Shown in pieces: positions 18,068 to 27,859 of a stretch of DNA of 64,000 bases (position 1 is the stretch's first letter; each line of letters opens with the position of its first letter). Origin of the DNA: Thermoproteota archaeon (lineage in GTDB: Archaea; Korarchaeota; Korarchaeia; Korarchaeales; Korarchaeaceae). The translations under genes were made by a program, and so were the position numbers. Where the stretch lies: the NCBI GenBank assembly GCA_015522685.1, contig WALU01000035.1:32001-96000 (forward strand), read 5' to 3'. The notes below the pieces were generated by a model, which worked only from the letters and a program-made list of their open reading frames with translations, ran no database searches and was not told the DNA's origin.

Positions 18068-19393
18068 ATGGAGTTCAGATATGCGCTGGAGAAGTTAAAG
18101 GATAAGGGCTTATTGGAAATAATAAATGATCCCCTATCCGTAAAGTATGAAATAGCTGCTTATCTCAAGAGGTTAGATAAGCATAAAGCAGCTCTATTCA
18201 AGAAGCCATTATTGGTGGATGGTGGATATAGTATATTTCAGATTGCTGGAGGAGTTGCCACATCAAAGGAGACATTATCAACATCCTTAGGATTAACAAA
18301 TGAAAAGGAATTAAGAGAAAAAGTGATGACTGCACTAAAAAATCCTGTAAAATGGAGGGAAAGTGAACCTAAATGGAATAAGACTCATCTTGCAATCAAG
18401 AATCTTCCAATACTAAAACACTATATTGGTGAGCCAAAACCCTATATGACATCTTCTATTGTGATTTTCAGAGACGATAAGGATAATTTCTCATCATCAT
18501 ATCATAGGATGATGCCTATATCCAATAACAGGCTTGTTCTAAGAGCAGTAGAGGGAAGGAAGCTAAGTAGAACGATAAAGGAGTATGAAGAGGAGAATGT
18601 GGAGCTTCCTGTAGCTGTATCTATTGGTAGCCCAGTGGAGGTAATGATAGCTTCAGCTGTTCCAGCAGAGAATATAGATAAGGTCAAGATGGCTGGTGGT
18701 ATATCAGGATTTCCTGTAGAAATGTCTCATTGTGATAAGATAGATGCTTGGGCACCATCGTCATCTGAAATAGTGCTATGTGGCAGAATACTTCCGGGAA
18801 TGAGAGCTCCTGAAGGCCCATTTTATGAGATACTAGGAAAAGACATCGAGAGAATGCAGCCCGTCCTAGAGGTAAATGAGATTTATGCAAGAGAAAATGC
18901 TATCTATCAGGCAATATTACCTGCAAGTAGTGAACATGAGATTCTTATGGGTCTACCTGTAGAACCCCTGATCGAGGACAGAGTATCTGAAGTAGCTGAG
19001 GTCATTGATGTTTCCATGACGCCTGGTGGTGCAGGTTGGATAGAAGCAGCAATTTCCATAAAGAAAACTGAGCAGGATCAGCCCACTCTAGCAGGTTTAA
19101 TGGCTATATCGGCTCATAAGAGCTTAAAGAGGGTTATTATAGTTGATGAAGATGTAGATGTATCGAACTATGAAGAAGTATTAAGGGCTGTGTTACAGAG
19201 AGCGAACATCCCTGATGATTACAAAATAGTATCTGGGATAAGGGGTTCCTCCTTGGATCATAGCAATTTGAGGGAAATTTATCTTGATAATGAAAGCCAT
19301 ATAATAAAGCTTCCTCAAGGTAAGATGATAATAGATGCCACTAAAAAGGGCTCAAAGGAACTTATAGAGAAACCGAAGAATCCTTGCTTCTAG
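18068..19393 (+). CDS. UbiD family prFMN-dependent decarboxylase (possibly anhydromevalonate phosphate decarboxylase)
   Basis: LPIL.H, YHRM, EIVL.G, PEGPF.E, K.VIIVDEDVD, GSSLD, KMIIDATK; substrate assignment is inference. Confidence 0.85.
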   Translation: MEFRYALEKLKDKGLLEIINDPLSVKYEIAAYLKRLDKHKAALFKKPLLVDGGYSIFQIAGGVATSKETLSTSLGLTNEKELREKVMTALKNPVKWRESEPKWNKTHLAIKNLPILKHYIGEPKPYMTSSIVIFRDDKDNFSSSYHRMMPISNNRLVLRAVEGRKLSRTIKEYEEENVELPVAVSIGSPVEVMIASAVPAENIDKVKMAGGISGFPVEMSHCDKIDAWAPSSSEIVLCGRILPGMRAPEGPFYEILGKDIERMQPVLEVNEIYARENAIYQAILPASSEHEILMGLPVEPLIEDRVSEVAEVIDVSMTPGGAGWIEAAISIKKTEQDQPTLAGLMAISAHKSLKRVIIVDEDVDVSNYEEVLRAVLQRANIPDDYKIVSGIRGSSLDHSNLREIYLDNESHIIKLPQGKMIIDATKKGSKELIEKPKNPCF

Positions 19394-19463
19394 TAAGCTT
19401 GCGTTAGAACATGAAGTTTATTTATCCATTTATCTAGAGAATAGAATAGAGGTAAGGGGGCAG

Positions 19464-20570
19464 TTGCCTAGATATAGAGCGATGACCGGGATAGTAAAAA
19501 CCAACGTACATGACCATAACATGTATACCATAAGGATGAGCGAGCTAGAGTCCTTACTTAAGGCTCTTAGTTATAGTATAATAGGGAGAATAGTGCAAGT
19601 TAGGCCGAAGGAAGCAGTAGATTTCATGTTTGGTAAGGGAAAAGTTGAGGAGATAAGAGAGAAGGTAAAGATGTTAGATCCTGATGTATTCGTCATTTAT
19701 AATACCTTATCAAGTAAGCAGAAGTGGAACCTGGAGAGGAGACTGGGTATAGAGGTAATTGATAGATATGATGTTACTTTGATGATATTTAGTGAAGCGG
19801 CGAGTGACATACTTTCAAAGCTTCAGATAGAACTTGCTACTCTGGAAAAAGCATTTCCATATGCTAAATTATCCGCTTCAATAAAATACAAGAGAGTGAG
19901 GGCAGGATTCAGGGGAGGCGGAGAATACGCTTATCATAAGCAAATTAGAGCCATACAAAGGAGAATTAAGTTACTAAGAAAGAAGATAGATAAGCTAAGC
20001 AATCAAAAAGAGCTTGAGATAATGAGAAGGTTAAGCGATGGGGCAAGTATAATTGTATTGACTGGTTATTACAATGCAGGTAAAACTAGCCTCTTCAATG
20101 CCTTAACTGGCTTCAATAAACCAGTCAGTGATGTACCATTTACAACTCTATCAAGCAAATATGGTGGTATAGAGGGGCTAAACACATATGTAGTAGATAC
20201 TATAGGGTTCGTTTTGGACCTAGACCCTAGGCTAATCGCTTCCTTCCAACTAAATCTACTTGACATAAAATGCTCTCAGAAGCAAGTACTGGTCATTGAT
20301 ATATCAGATAAGCCTGATCTAATGAGAGTTAAGGTTAGTGAAAGCCTAAAGATCCTTGGTAATTTGGGTAAGGAGAGAGACAGCCTTGTTATTGCTGCCA
20401 ACAAGGTAGATCTGATAGAAGGTTATCAGTATTCTCTAAGAGAGGACGTTCTTAGGAAAATATTGGGTAACAACGTGCCTATAATCCCTATTTCCACTAA
20501 AAAAGAACTAGGAATTGGAAATTTGGTTAAAGAGCTAGTAAGAAGAACTAAGATTCCAGTAGTAGAGTGA
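19464..20570 (+). CDS. hflX: HflX family GTPase
   Basis: G.GKVEEI, VIDR, KLQIELA.L, G.GE, GYYNAGKTSLFNAL, FTTL, DTIGF, NKVD. Confidence 0.92.
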   Translation: MPRYRAMTGIVKTNVHDHNMYTIRMSELESLLKALSYSIIGRIVQVRPKEAVDFMFGKGKVEEIREKVKMLDPDVFVIYNTLSSKQKWNLERRLGIEVIDRYDVTLMIFSEAASDILSKLQIELATLEKAFPYAKLSASIKYKRVRAGFRGGGEYAYHKQIRAIQRRIKLLRKKIDKLSNQKELEIMRRLSDGASIIVLTGYYNAGKTSLFNALTGFNKPVSDVPFTTLSSKYGGIEGLNTYVVDTIGFVLDLDPRLIASFQLNLLDIKCSQKQVLVIDISDKPDLMRVKVSESLKILGNLGKERDSLVIAANKVDLIEGYQYSLREDVLRKILGNNVPIIPISTKKELGIGNLVKELVRRTKIPVVE

Positions 20571-21166
20571 TTCCATTTTCGAAATATTTTTATTTAAGAA
20601 ATAAGCCCATGATCATTATGGTACATCCAAGAGAAAGTAAGTATGTAGCAATGACGGCAATTTTAGGTGCTTTGGGTAATGTACTAGCACTTATATCCAT
20701 GATTTTAGGTAATATACATCCACAGATAGCAATAGATCTATCTCATTTAGCCACAGTATTTGCAGCTTATATGATGAGTCCATTATGGGCAACTCTCGTT
20801 GGAGCTTTAATCTCAATAGCACCTTTCGTTAGATTTGGACTGATGGGCGGAATAGGTCCAATTGCAGGATCTCTTATATTTCCAGGGAAAGCTTTAACAG
20901 GTTTCTTTACAGGTCTACTAGCTAAAAAGATAAAGCATCCTATGATAGCATTAGGAGTAGGATACATTCCAGAGTCGATATTTACTTGGTTGAGCTTCAA
21001 GATATGGATTCCTCTTTTAGCACCTCAATCCAGTGGATGGTTAACTGATGCAATTATCTATGGGATATTGATTAAGGCATGGATAGAGATACTATCTATC
21101 GGGATAACATCCGAGATCCTCCTTCCCAAGATAAGAAACGTGATACCCAATAGCTTTATAAATTAA
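20567..21166 (+). CDS. Membrane protein, ECF-transporter S-component-like
   Basis: About 6 TM segments, AMTAILGAL / IDLSHL pattern; real start probably near 20609-20618. Confidence 0.6.
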   Translation: MIPFSKYFYLRNKPMIIMVHPRESKYVAMTAILGALGNVLALISMILGNIHPQIAIDLSHLATVFAAYMMSPLWATLVGALISIAPFVRFGLMGGIGPIAGSLIFPGKALTGFFTGLLAKKIKHPMIALGVGYIPESIFTWLSFKIWIPLLAPQSSGWLTDAIIYGILIKAWIEILSIGITSEILLPKIRNVIPNSFIN

Positions 21167-22009
21167 TTTAGCGACTAAATAGGCATCGGATCTAATGCCA
21201 GGACATGGAGAAAACTCTACAAAATCCATAGATACGACCTCGGTCCTCTTAATGATATCCCTTATCAATCTAGTTAGTTCTAAATAGGTAAGACCTCCTG
21301 GCTCAGGAGTGCCAATGCAAGGGACTTGAGGCGGGTCTAATACATCTATATCTACGCTTATATATGCTTTCTTGCCCCTTATCGCATTGAGAATTTCTAT
21401 CAGATCATTTCTATCTACCTCATTCCTTTTTATAACCTTAACATTTTTAACGCCATCTAATTCGTTTTTCTCTTCCCATCCGAGAGTTCTAATTCCATAT
21501 ACTATTACTTGATCGACAATTTCACTTGCTCTCTTTGACACTGTAGCATGAGATATATTTCTTCCTCCATAACTGTCGTAGAAATCTGCATGAGCATCGA
21601 GAACTATCAGTACGTCTATATAATCCTTCAATGCTTTTATGCCTCCTAGAGATACCGTATGTTCTCCCCCTAGCAAAATGGGAACCTTTCCATCTTCTCT
21701 TATATTAGTTATAACGTCTTTAACTAATTTTACCATGCTCTCTGGATTTAGCTCTAAGATCGATATTTCTGGTATGGTATATATGCCTGCCTCCAATGGA
21801 ATGCAATTTAGTTCAAGATCAAATGGATCGAGGTATTCTGAGGCTTCTATAACAGAAGAGGGACCAAATCTAGATCCGACCCCCCAAGATGAAGTTGAAT
21901 CATAGGGAGCACCTATTATAACGTAGTTAGCTTCCTCGTAGCTTATAGAAGAAGATAAAAAGCTGTGAGGAACTATACTTTTTCTATAACTTTCCAATTT
22001 TACCACCAT
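21092..22009 (-). CDS. speB: Agmatinase
   Basis: GSRFGP, LGGEHT, DAHAD, SHA, SVDIDVLDP, GTPEPGG ureohydrolase motifs. Confidence 0.92.
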   Translation of the reverse strand: MVVKLESYRKSIVPHSFLSSSISYEEANYVIIGAPYDSTSSWGVGSRFGPSSVIEASEYLDPFDLELNCIPLEAGIYTIPEISILELNPESMVKLVKDVITNIREDGKVPILLGGEHTVSLGGIKALKDYIDVLIVLDAHADFYDSYGGRNISHATVSKRASEIVDQVIVYGIRTLGWEEKNELDGVKNVKVIKRNEVDRNDLIEILNAIRGKKAYISVDIDVLDPPQVPCIGTPEPGGLTYLELTRLIRDIIKRTEVVSMDFVEFSPCPGIRSDAYLVAKLIYKAIGYHVSYLGKEDLGCYPDR

Positions 22010-22173
22010 TATTTAGGTATTTCCTGATATTTCATCAGAACCTGGAGAGGGTATTAATTAGCTTAAGTTATCATGTATGAGTATCATGACAACATAGTAT
22101 ATGCTATATTTTTAAATAGGCAGCAACTCAAAAAGTAGTAGCCCCCTCACGGGCAGTGCAAGAGGTGAGCAAT

Positions 22174-22428
22174 ATGGTAACGAGAAGAGTTGGTGTTCCC
22201 ATGACTGATCGGGTACTTGAGTTCTTAGAGGAGAAGAGGCCTGGTCTTAAGGCCAATGTATGGAAGATTTTCTATCCAATGAGAGAGGAGCAGCCTATAG
22301 AAGTCAGTGTGAAGCCTGGCTCCCTAGCTGGCGAAACCCTCGAACTTGAGTTTGAGGGAAAGAGGCTCATTGTCAAAGAGGAGACTGTCGAAAGGAGACC
22401 TACTAGGACTGGAGCAGGGGCATACTGA
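22174..22428 (+). CDS. Small hypothetical protein
   Basis: GAGGTGA SD 5' of ATG, own TATA (TTTTTAAA) and T-rich 3' region; C-terminal half weakly resembles AbrB-type swapped hairpin. Confidence 0.75.
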   Translation: MVTRRVGVPMTDRVLEFLEEKRPGLKANVWKIFYPMREEQPIEVSVKPGSLAGETLELEFEGKRLIVKEETVERRPTRTGAGAY

Positions 22429-22527
22429 GCCCCTATAAATCCTATTTTAGTTTAAAGCTTATTTCTAAATGAGCTTTTTGTTTAACAATGTTTATAGGGA
22501 ATTTCCCATATATCTTTATGGTGCCTG

Positions 22528-22818
22528 TTGATGGGCCTAAGAATCCCTATTATTATACCTGTATCGAAACCATCTAAGGGATCAGCAGGTAAGACAGGGT
22601 TATGGAGGGTAGAGAGACCCGTAATCAATGAAGATAAATGCATCAAATGCTGGTTATGCTGGCTATATTGTCCAGAAGATGTAATCTCAGAGGGAAAGAA
22701 CGGCTTCCCTCAAATAGATCTGACATTCTGTAAGGGCTGTGGAGTTTGCGCCGATGTATGTCCAGTAGGTGCAATAAAAATGGTGAAGGAGGAGAGAGAA
22801 GATGAGCATAGAAGGTAA
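22528..22818 (+). CDS. porD: 2-oxoacid:ferredoxin oxidoreductase delta subunit (2x4Fe-4S)
   Basis: KTGLWR..RP, CIKCWLCWLYCP and CKGCGVCADVCP. Confidence 0.93.
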   Translation: MMGLRIPIIIPVSKPSKGSAGKTGLWRVERPVINEDKCIKCWLCWLYCPEDVISEGKNGFPQIDLTFCKGCGVCADVCPVGAIKMVKEEREDEHRR

Positions 22819-24031
22819 GTGGGAGATCATAACTGGAAATCATGCTGCTGCCATAGCAGCGAAGCTAGCTAGAGTCAAAGTTGTTGCAGCTTACCCAATT
22901 ACTCCTCAAACAACAATAGTCGAGTATATTGCTTCTCTTGTAGAATCTGGCTATATGAATGCGGAGTACATAAGAGTAGAAAGCGAACATAGTGCTATGG
23001 CTGCTGTTATAGGTGCATCAGCGGCTGGTGTTAGAACATTCACCGCGACTGCAAGTCAAGGATTATTGTTAATGTCAGAGGTTGTTCATTGGGCGGCTGG
23101 TTCTAGGCTTCCCATAGGGATGGCCATAGTCAATAGGGCAGTTGGCCCACCTTGGAGCATACATGTGGATCACCAGGATTCGATGTCTCAGAGAGATACG
23201 GGCTGGCTTCAGATGTATATATCATCGAATCAGGAGGTGCTTGATACCATGTTAATGATGTATAAGGTGGCAGAGCATCCAGATGTCCTCCTTCCATTTA
23301 TGGTATGCCTTGATGGATTTGTCTTAAGCCATACGTATATGCCTGTTAACATACCTAGTCAGGAGGAGGTCGATGACTTCTTGCCCCCTTATAAACCACC
23401 TCATTGGAAACTCGATCCAGAATCACCGATAACCTTTGGAAATCTTGCTTTGCCGAATGAATATCAAGAAATGAGATGGTCCATGGACTTATCAATGAAA
23501 AGATCTCTTGAACTCGTAGAAGATGTTGCAGAAGAGTTCTCTCGTAAGTTTGGCAGGTACTATGGTGGGGCTACATGGAAGTATAAGACTCAAGATGCAG
23601 ATTACATGATAATAACTTCTGGGACTATGGCCTCCGAAGCGGAGGTAGCAGTGGATAAGCTTAGAGAGGAAGGAATGAGTGTTGGTTTGCTAAAAATAAG
23701 ATCTTTTAGACCTTTTCCTCACAGAGATGTTGTAGAAACCTTACAGGATAAGAAAGGAGTTATAGTTATAGATAGAAGCATATCCTTCAGCTCTGGTGGG
23801 CCTATAGGGATAGAGACAAGATCTTCTCTGTATAACTTATCAGGCAGACCTCCTATTGCCAACTATATAACAGGACTTGGCGGCAGAGATGTCACTTATC
23901 AAGATATAATAGCCACCTTGAAAGACGGGGTTGGAAGAATAACATCTGGTAGGCTAAGGAGATTATACTATTGGTTTAAGCTGAAACCTGAGTATGAAAA
24001 GATTGAACTCTCTGAGGAGGCAGCAATATGA
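22802..24031 (+). CDS. porA: 2-oxoacid:ferredoxin oxidoreductase alpha subunit
   Basis: AAYPITPQT, ESEHSAM, TATASQGL, NRA, DHQDSM..RD.GW, GLGGRD. Confidence 0.93.
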   Translation: MSIEGKWEIITGNHAAAIAAKLARVKVVAAYPITPQTTIVEYIASLVESGYMNAEYIRVESEHSAMAAVIGASAAGVRTFTATASQGLLLMSEVVHWAAGSRLPIGMAIVNRAVGPPWSIHVDHQDSMSQRDTGWLQMYISSNQEVLDTMLMMYKVAEHPDVLLPFMVCLDGFVLSHTYMPVNIPSQEEVDDFLPPYKPPHWKLDPESPITFGNLALPNEYQEMRWSMDLSMKRSLELVEDVAEEFSRKFGRYYGGATWKYKTQDADYMIITSGTMASEAEVAVDKLREEGMSVGLLKIRSFRPFPHRDVVETLQDKKGVIVIDRSISFSSGGPIGIETRSSLYNLSGRPPIANYITGLGGRDVTYQDIIATLKDGVGRITSGRLRRLYYWFKLKPEYEKIELSEEAAI

Positions 24032-24915
24032 CGCTAACAATTCACGATCTTAGGAAGAGAAGCGGCTCTTACCTATCTGGATCAGCGGGATGCCCTGGTT
24101 GTGGTGCAACATTGGCTTTTAGGATAGCTTCTAGGGTATTAGGTCCTGACACAGTCTATATAGTACCAGCATGCTGCTTTAGCGTTATACAAGCACCTTA
24201 TCCTAAGAGCGCAATCTCAGCTCCTCTCTATAATATAGCATTTGCTGCTGCAGCTGCAACCGCCTCGGGTGTATACAGAGCTTATAGGATCTTAGGAAAG
24301 GATATAAATGTAGTAGCGTGGGCTGGAGATGGAGGGACTGTAGATATAGGCATACAAGCCTTATCAGGAGCTGCTGAAAGGGGCGAAAATATAATATATG
24401 TATGTTATGATAATGAGGCTTACATGAATACGGGAATCCAGAGGTCTGGAGCTACTCCCCTCAAAGCTTGGACTAAAACTACACCTATGGGAAAGAGGAA
24501 GATGCCAAAGGATATGCCTATGATAGTAGCTGCTCACAGAGTTCCTTACGTGGCAACAGCTAGTGTTGGATATCCCTTTGATCTAGCCAGCAAGTTTGAT
24601 AAAGCAAAGGAAATAGAGGGTTTTAAGTATATTCATATATTCTCGCCTTGCCCGCCAGGCTGGAATTCTCCAGTTAGTAAGACAGCGGAGATCGGTAAAC
24701 TAGCCGTTGATACATATTTTTGGCCCTTATATGAAGTAAAGAATGGAAAATTGAGGATAACTGTCAAACCCAGGAAACGTCCTCTAAAAGAATTCTTGGA
24801 TCTTCAAGATAGATTTAGAGGACTTTCAGATAAAGAGGTTGCATTGCTGGAGGAAATAGTTATGGAGAAGTGGAATTTTCTCCTTCATCTGGAGAAATCA
24901 GAGAGAATATTCTAG
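24028..24915 (+). CDS. porB: 2-oxoacid:ferredoxin oxidoreductase beta subunit
   Basis: CPGCG, GDGGT.DIG, DNEAYMNTGIQRS.ATP, SPCPPGW TPP-binding motifs. Confidence 0.93.
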   Translation: MTLTIHDLRKRSGSYLSGSAGCPGCGATLAFRIASRVLGPDTVYIVPACCFSVIQAPYPKSAISAPLYNIAFAAAAATASGVYRAYRILGKDINVVAWAGDGGTVDIGIQALSGAAERGENIIYVCYDNEAYMNTGIQRSGATPLKAWTKTTPMGKRKMPKDMPMIVAAHRVPYVATASVGYPFDLASKFDKAKEIEGFKYIHIFSPCPPGWNSPVSKTAEIGKLAVDTYFWPLYEVKNGKLRITVKPRKRPLKEFLDLQDRFRGLSDKEVALLEEIVMEKWNFLLHLEKSERIF

Positions 24916-26472
24916 ATATTCTGTGTTGCTCCCTTCCTCAGTTTTATTTTCCTTCTTCTTTCCCTTAAATGCAATTATTAGGCCAATTGGTATAGCTAGA
25001 GTCAAAGCATCGATCACTAATCCCACAAATACTATTAGCATTGAAATGAGAGCTCCTTCCCTTGTTTTTTGCTTGTTGATTATATTCAGCGCCTCTTCAG
25101 AGGCTGGATTAAACCAGTAGGTTGATTTAGCATACCTCTCGGCTGTCTGTATTAGCTCCAACGTCTCCCTATCGAGTGACTTCACCTTTATTCCATAGGA
25201 TCTAAAGAATCCCAAGACATCTTTGCCAGTAGCCTCGCTCAGATATTTGACGAATTTAGGGAGATCACCAACAACAGCTTTATCTCTTCTGACATTAAAA
25301 AAGAACCTCTTGTACACATCTGGTCCACCGTACCTCTTGGCGAAGTCTCTGATCAAGATCTCGCTAGCTGAATAGTAAAGTCCTGGATTACCTGGAAGCC
25401 CACCTCCATGCCACTCAACCAAGAAGCTGAAATCCCCCCCGGTTTGGGCCATTACTGCTTCTACATTGATCTCTTCTGGGACTTTGTATCCCAAGGCCTC
25501 TTCGACTATAACTTTACTCAAGTATTGAGCCAGCCCTTCATGAGCCCATCTAAGATTCACACTGAGGCCAGCGACCTGCATATATTGATGAAGAAGTTCA
25601 TGGACGAATGTCGTTGGAAGCTCATAGTACGGCATCCTAACAAGCATCATATTCAGGTTTATTTCTCCTTGGGTAATGACATCAGATGTATATCTAGGTC
25701 CGGTGTATCCTAACGTTGTTATTTCTTCCATGGTGGCTGGAACGAACAGTTTTACCTCTATTGGGATCTCCTCATTAACAGATGTGTATTTTTCTATTAG
25801 AGGAAGGGTCGCCTTGTAATATTTTGTAATATTCTCAATAACATCTTGGTATCTAGAAGGATATTTTATCTTCAGCTTTCCTATATCCTCTTCTTTGAAC
25901 TTCTGACCATCATGCACATTCAATGATATTAGGACCCTCATGGTGTTGTTTGTGGCTCCATTTAGCCTGTATCTGATTACATTATTTTCATTTTCTTTTG
26001 ATATTTCATATCCTTTCGGTTCAATTCTTTTAGAAATAAATTTATTGGGAAGTTTTACTACAACTATTGCGTTGTCTTTAGGATCAAAAGCTATCTGAGT
26101 GGAGAAGAATGCACCATTAGGCTCCACTATGAGAGCTCCGAACCTGTAACTCCATGCTATTAAAACCTTAGTCCTCGGCGTATACGAAAATGTTAGATTA
26201 GAGTAAAAGTAGTAGGAAGTATTCCTTATTAATTTACGATTTTTTATAGATCCAGATACTACTGTTATGTTATAGCTCCTAAACTTAGGAACCAAAACCC
26301 ACGTGAAGCCAGAGTTGTTAGATTCGAATTCTGTCGTTATACTTATCCAACCACTATCTCTGACGATATATGTATAGGTAAAAAGTCCTTTGCCTTCCAT
26401 ATGAGATGCAGAGACAGGAAAGCTAGGAATGATCAACAAGGTTATCAGGATCAGCAGACCTTTCCATTTCAT
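24898..26472 (-). CDS. Secreted, C-terminally anchored gluzincin-type zinc metallopeptidase
   Basis: Signal peptide, HELLH...WAHEGLAQY (HEXXH plus distal E), C-terminal TM and basic tail. Confidence 0.8.
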   Translation of the reverse strand: MKWKGLLILITLLIIPSFPVSASHMEGKGLFTYTYIVRDSGWISITTEFESNNSGFTWVLVPKFRSYNITVVSGSIKNRKLIRNTSYYFYSNLTFSYTPRTKVLIAWSYRFGALIVEPNGAFFSTQIAFDPKDNAIVVVKLPNKFISKRIEPKGYEISKENENNVIRYRLNGATNNTMRVLISLNVHDGQKFKEEDIGKLKIKYPSRYQDVIENITKYYKATLPLIEKYTSVNEEIPIEVKLFVPATMEEITTLGYTGPRYTSDVITQGEINLNMMLVRMPYYELPTTFVHELLHQYMQVAGLSVNLRWAHEGLAQYLSKVIVEEALGYKVPEEINVEAVMAQTGGDFSFLVEWHGGGLPGNPGLYYSASEILIRDFAKRYGGPDVYKRFFFNVRRDKAVVGDLPKFVKYLSEATGKDVLGFFRSYGIKVKSLDRETLELIQTAERYAKSTYWFNPASEEALNIINKQKTREGALISMLIVFVGLVIDALTLAIPIGLIIAFKGKKKENKTEEGSNTEYLEYSL

Positions 26473-26539
26473 TTCACAATACCAGAGACAGAAAGAGGGG
26501 ATATCTATTTAACTTAACCGGCCCTAAATAGGGGATTGT

Positions 26540-27859
26540 ATGGAGATACTAATAAGGGGGCTCAAATATATAGTAACTCAGGATGATCGTAGGAGGATCC
26601 TCAGGAACTCAGACATTCTAATTAAGGATGGTATAATAGAATCTGTAGGAAAAGTTAGCGGTTATACAGACTACGTAATTAATGGAAGTAATTTCGTAGC
26701 AATCCCAGGTTTAATTAATACTCATGCTCATGTTCCAATGACCTTGTTTAGGGGAGTAGCTGATGATATGAAGTTATTTCCATGGCTACAGGATAAGATA
26801 TGGCCTATGGAGGCTAATTTAAAGCCCTATCATATAAAGGCTGGCACAGAGTTAGGATTATTAGAGACCATAAGAACAGGTACCACAACTCTCTTTGATA
26901 TGTATTTCTTTGAAGATGCAATAGCTGAAGTATTTACAGAATTTGGTTCTAGAGGAGTGTTAGCTGAAGCAATACTAGATTTTGGGACGCCTGAATGCAA
27001 GGATGTGGATAGCTGTTTAAGTATAGCTGACAATTTTGTTAAAAAATGGAAGGACCATCCCTTGGTGGAGCCAGGATATGGTCCTCATGCTCCTTACACA
27101 GTTTCGCCAGAGAGTCTCAAACGCATCTCAGGGAAAGCTGCTGATAATAACTCGCTAATACAGATACACTTAGCTGAAACACAGAGAGAGATAAATGAGA
27201 TTAAGGAAAAAACTGGAAGGAGACCCATAGAGCTAGCCAAGGAAGTAGGGGTCTTAGGCCCTAAGACTGTAGCAGCGCATGTAGTATGGCCTTCTGAAAG
27301 AGAGGTAAAATTGCTTGCTCAAAGTGGAACCCTTGTGTCCCATAATCCTGTAAGTAATTTGAAATTAGCATCTGGTTTCTCTCCAGTTCCTGATATGATT
27401 AATGAAGGTGTAAAGGTGTCATTAGGAACTGATGGACCTGCGAGCAATAATTTGATGGATCTTATAGAGACTATTAAGGTGACTGCTCTCATTCACAAGA
27501 CTGTAAAGAAAGACCCTACAGTAATGCCCGCTCAGCTTGTGTTTGATATGGCAACTAGAATACCTGGAGACTTCTTAAATTGGAATATAGGAAGAATAGA
27601 ACCAGGATTCGATGCAGATATAGTTCTACTAGATGCTGAGCTACCTTGGTGGACCCCGCTTCATTCCGTTATTTCTCACTTAGTTTACTCAGCTAGGAGT
27701 ACTGACGTGAGGTATGTGCTCATCAAAGGTGATTTGGTACTGAAAAATGGCAAATTCACCAAGAAAGATGAAACCGAAATCATGAGAAACGCCGAAAAAG
27801 CTTCATTAGATTTACTGGAGAAATCAGGTGTGAGCTCTATGCTTAAGGACATGAGTTAA
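26540..27859 (+). CDS. mtaD: Amidohydrolase, MTA/SAH deaminase-like
   Basis: PGLINTHAH, GPHAPYT, HLAET, AAHVV, HNPVSNLKLASG, LGTDGPASNN. Confidence 0.8.
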   Translation: MEILIRGLKYIVTQDDRRRILRNSDILIKDGIIESVGKVSGYTDYVINGSNFVAIPGLINTHAHVPMTLFRGVADDMKLFPWLQDKIWPMEANLKPYHIKAGTELGLLETIRTGTTTLFDMYFFEDAIAEVFTEFGSRGVLAEAILDFGTPECKDVDSCLSIADNFVKKWKDHPLVEPGYGPHAPYTVSPESLKRISGKAADNNSLIQIHLAETQREINEIKEKTGRRPIELAKEVGVLGPKTVAAHVVWPSEREVKLLAQSGTLVSHNPVSNLKLASGFSPVPDMINEGVKVSLGTDGPASNNLMDLIETIKVTALIHKTVKKDPTVMPAQLVFDMATRIPGDFLNWNIGRIEPGFDADIVLLDAELPWWTPLHSVISHLVYSARSTDVRYVLIKGDLVLKNGKFTKKDETEIMRNAEKASLDLLEKSGVSSMLKDMS

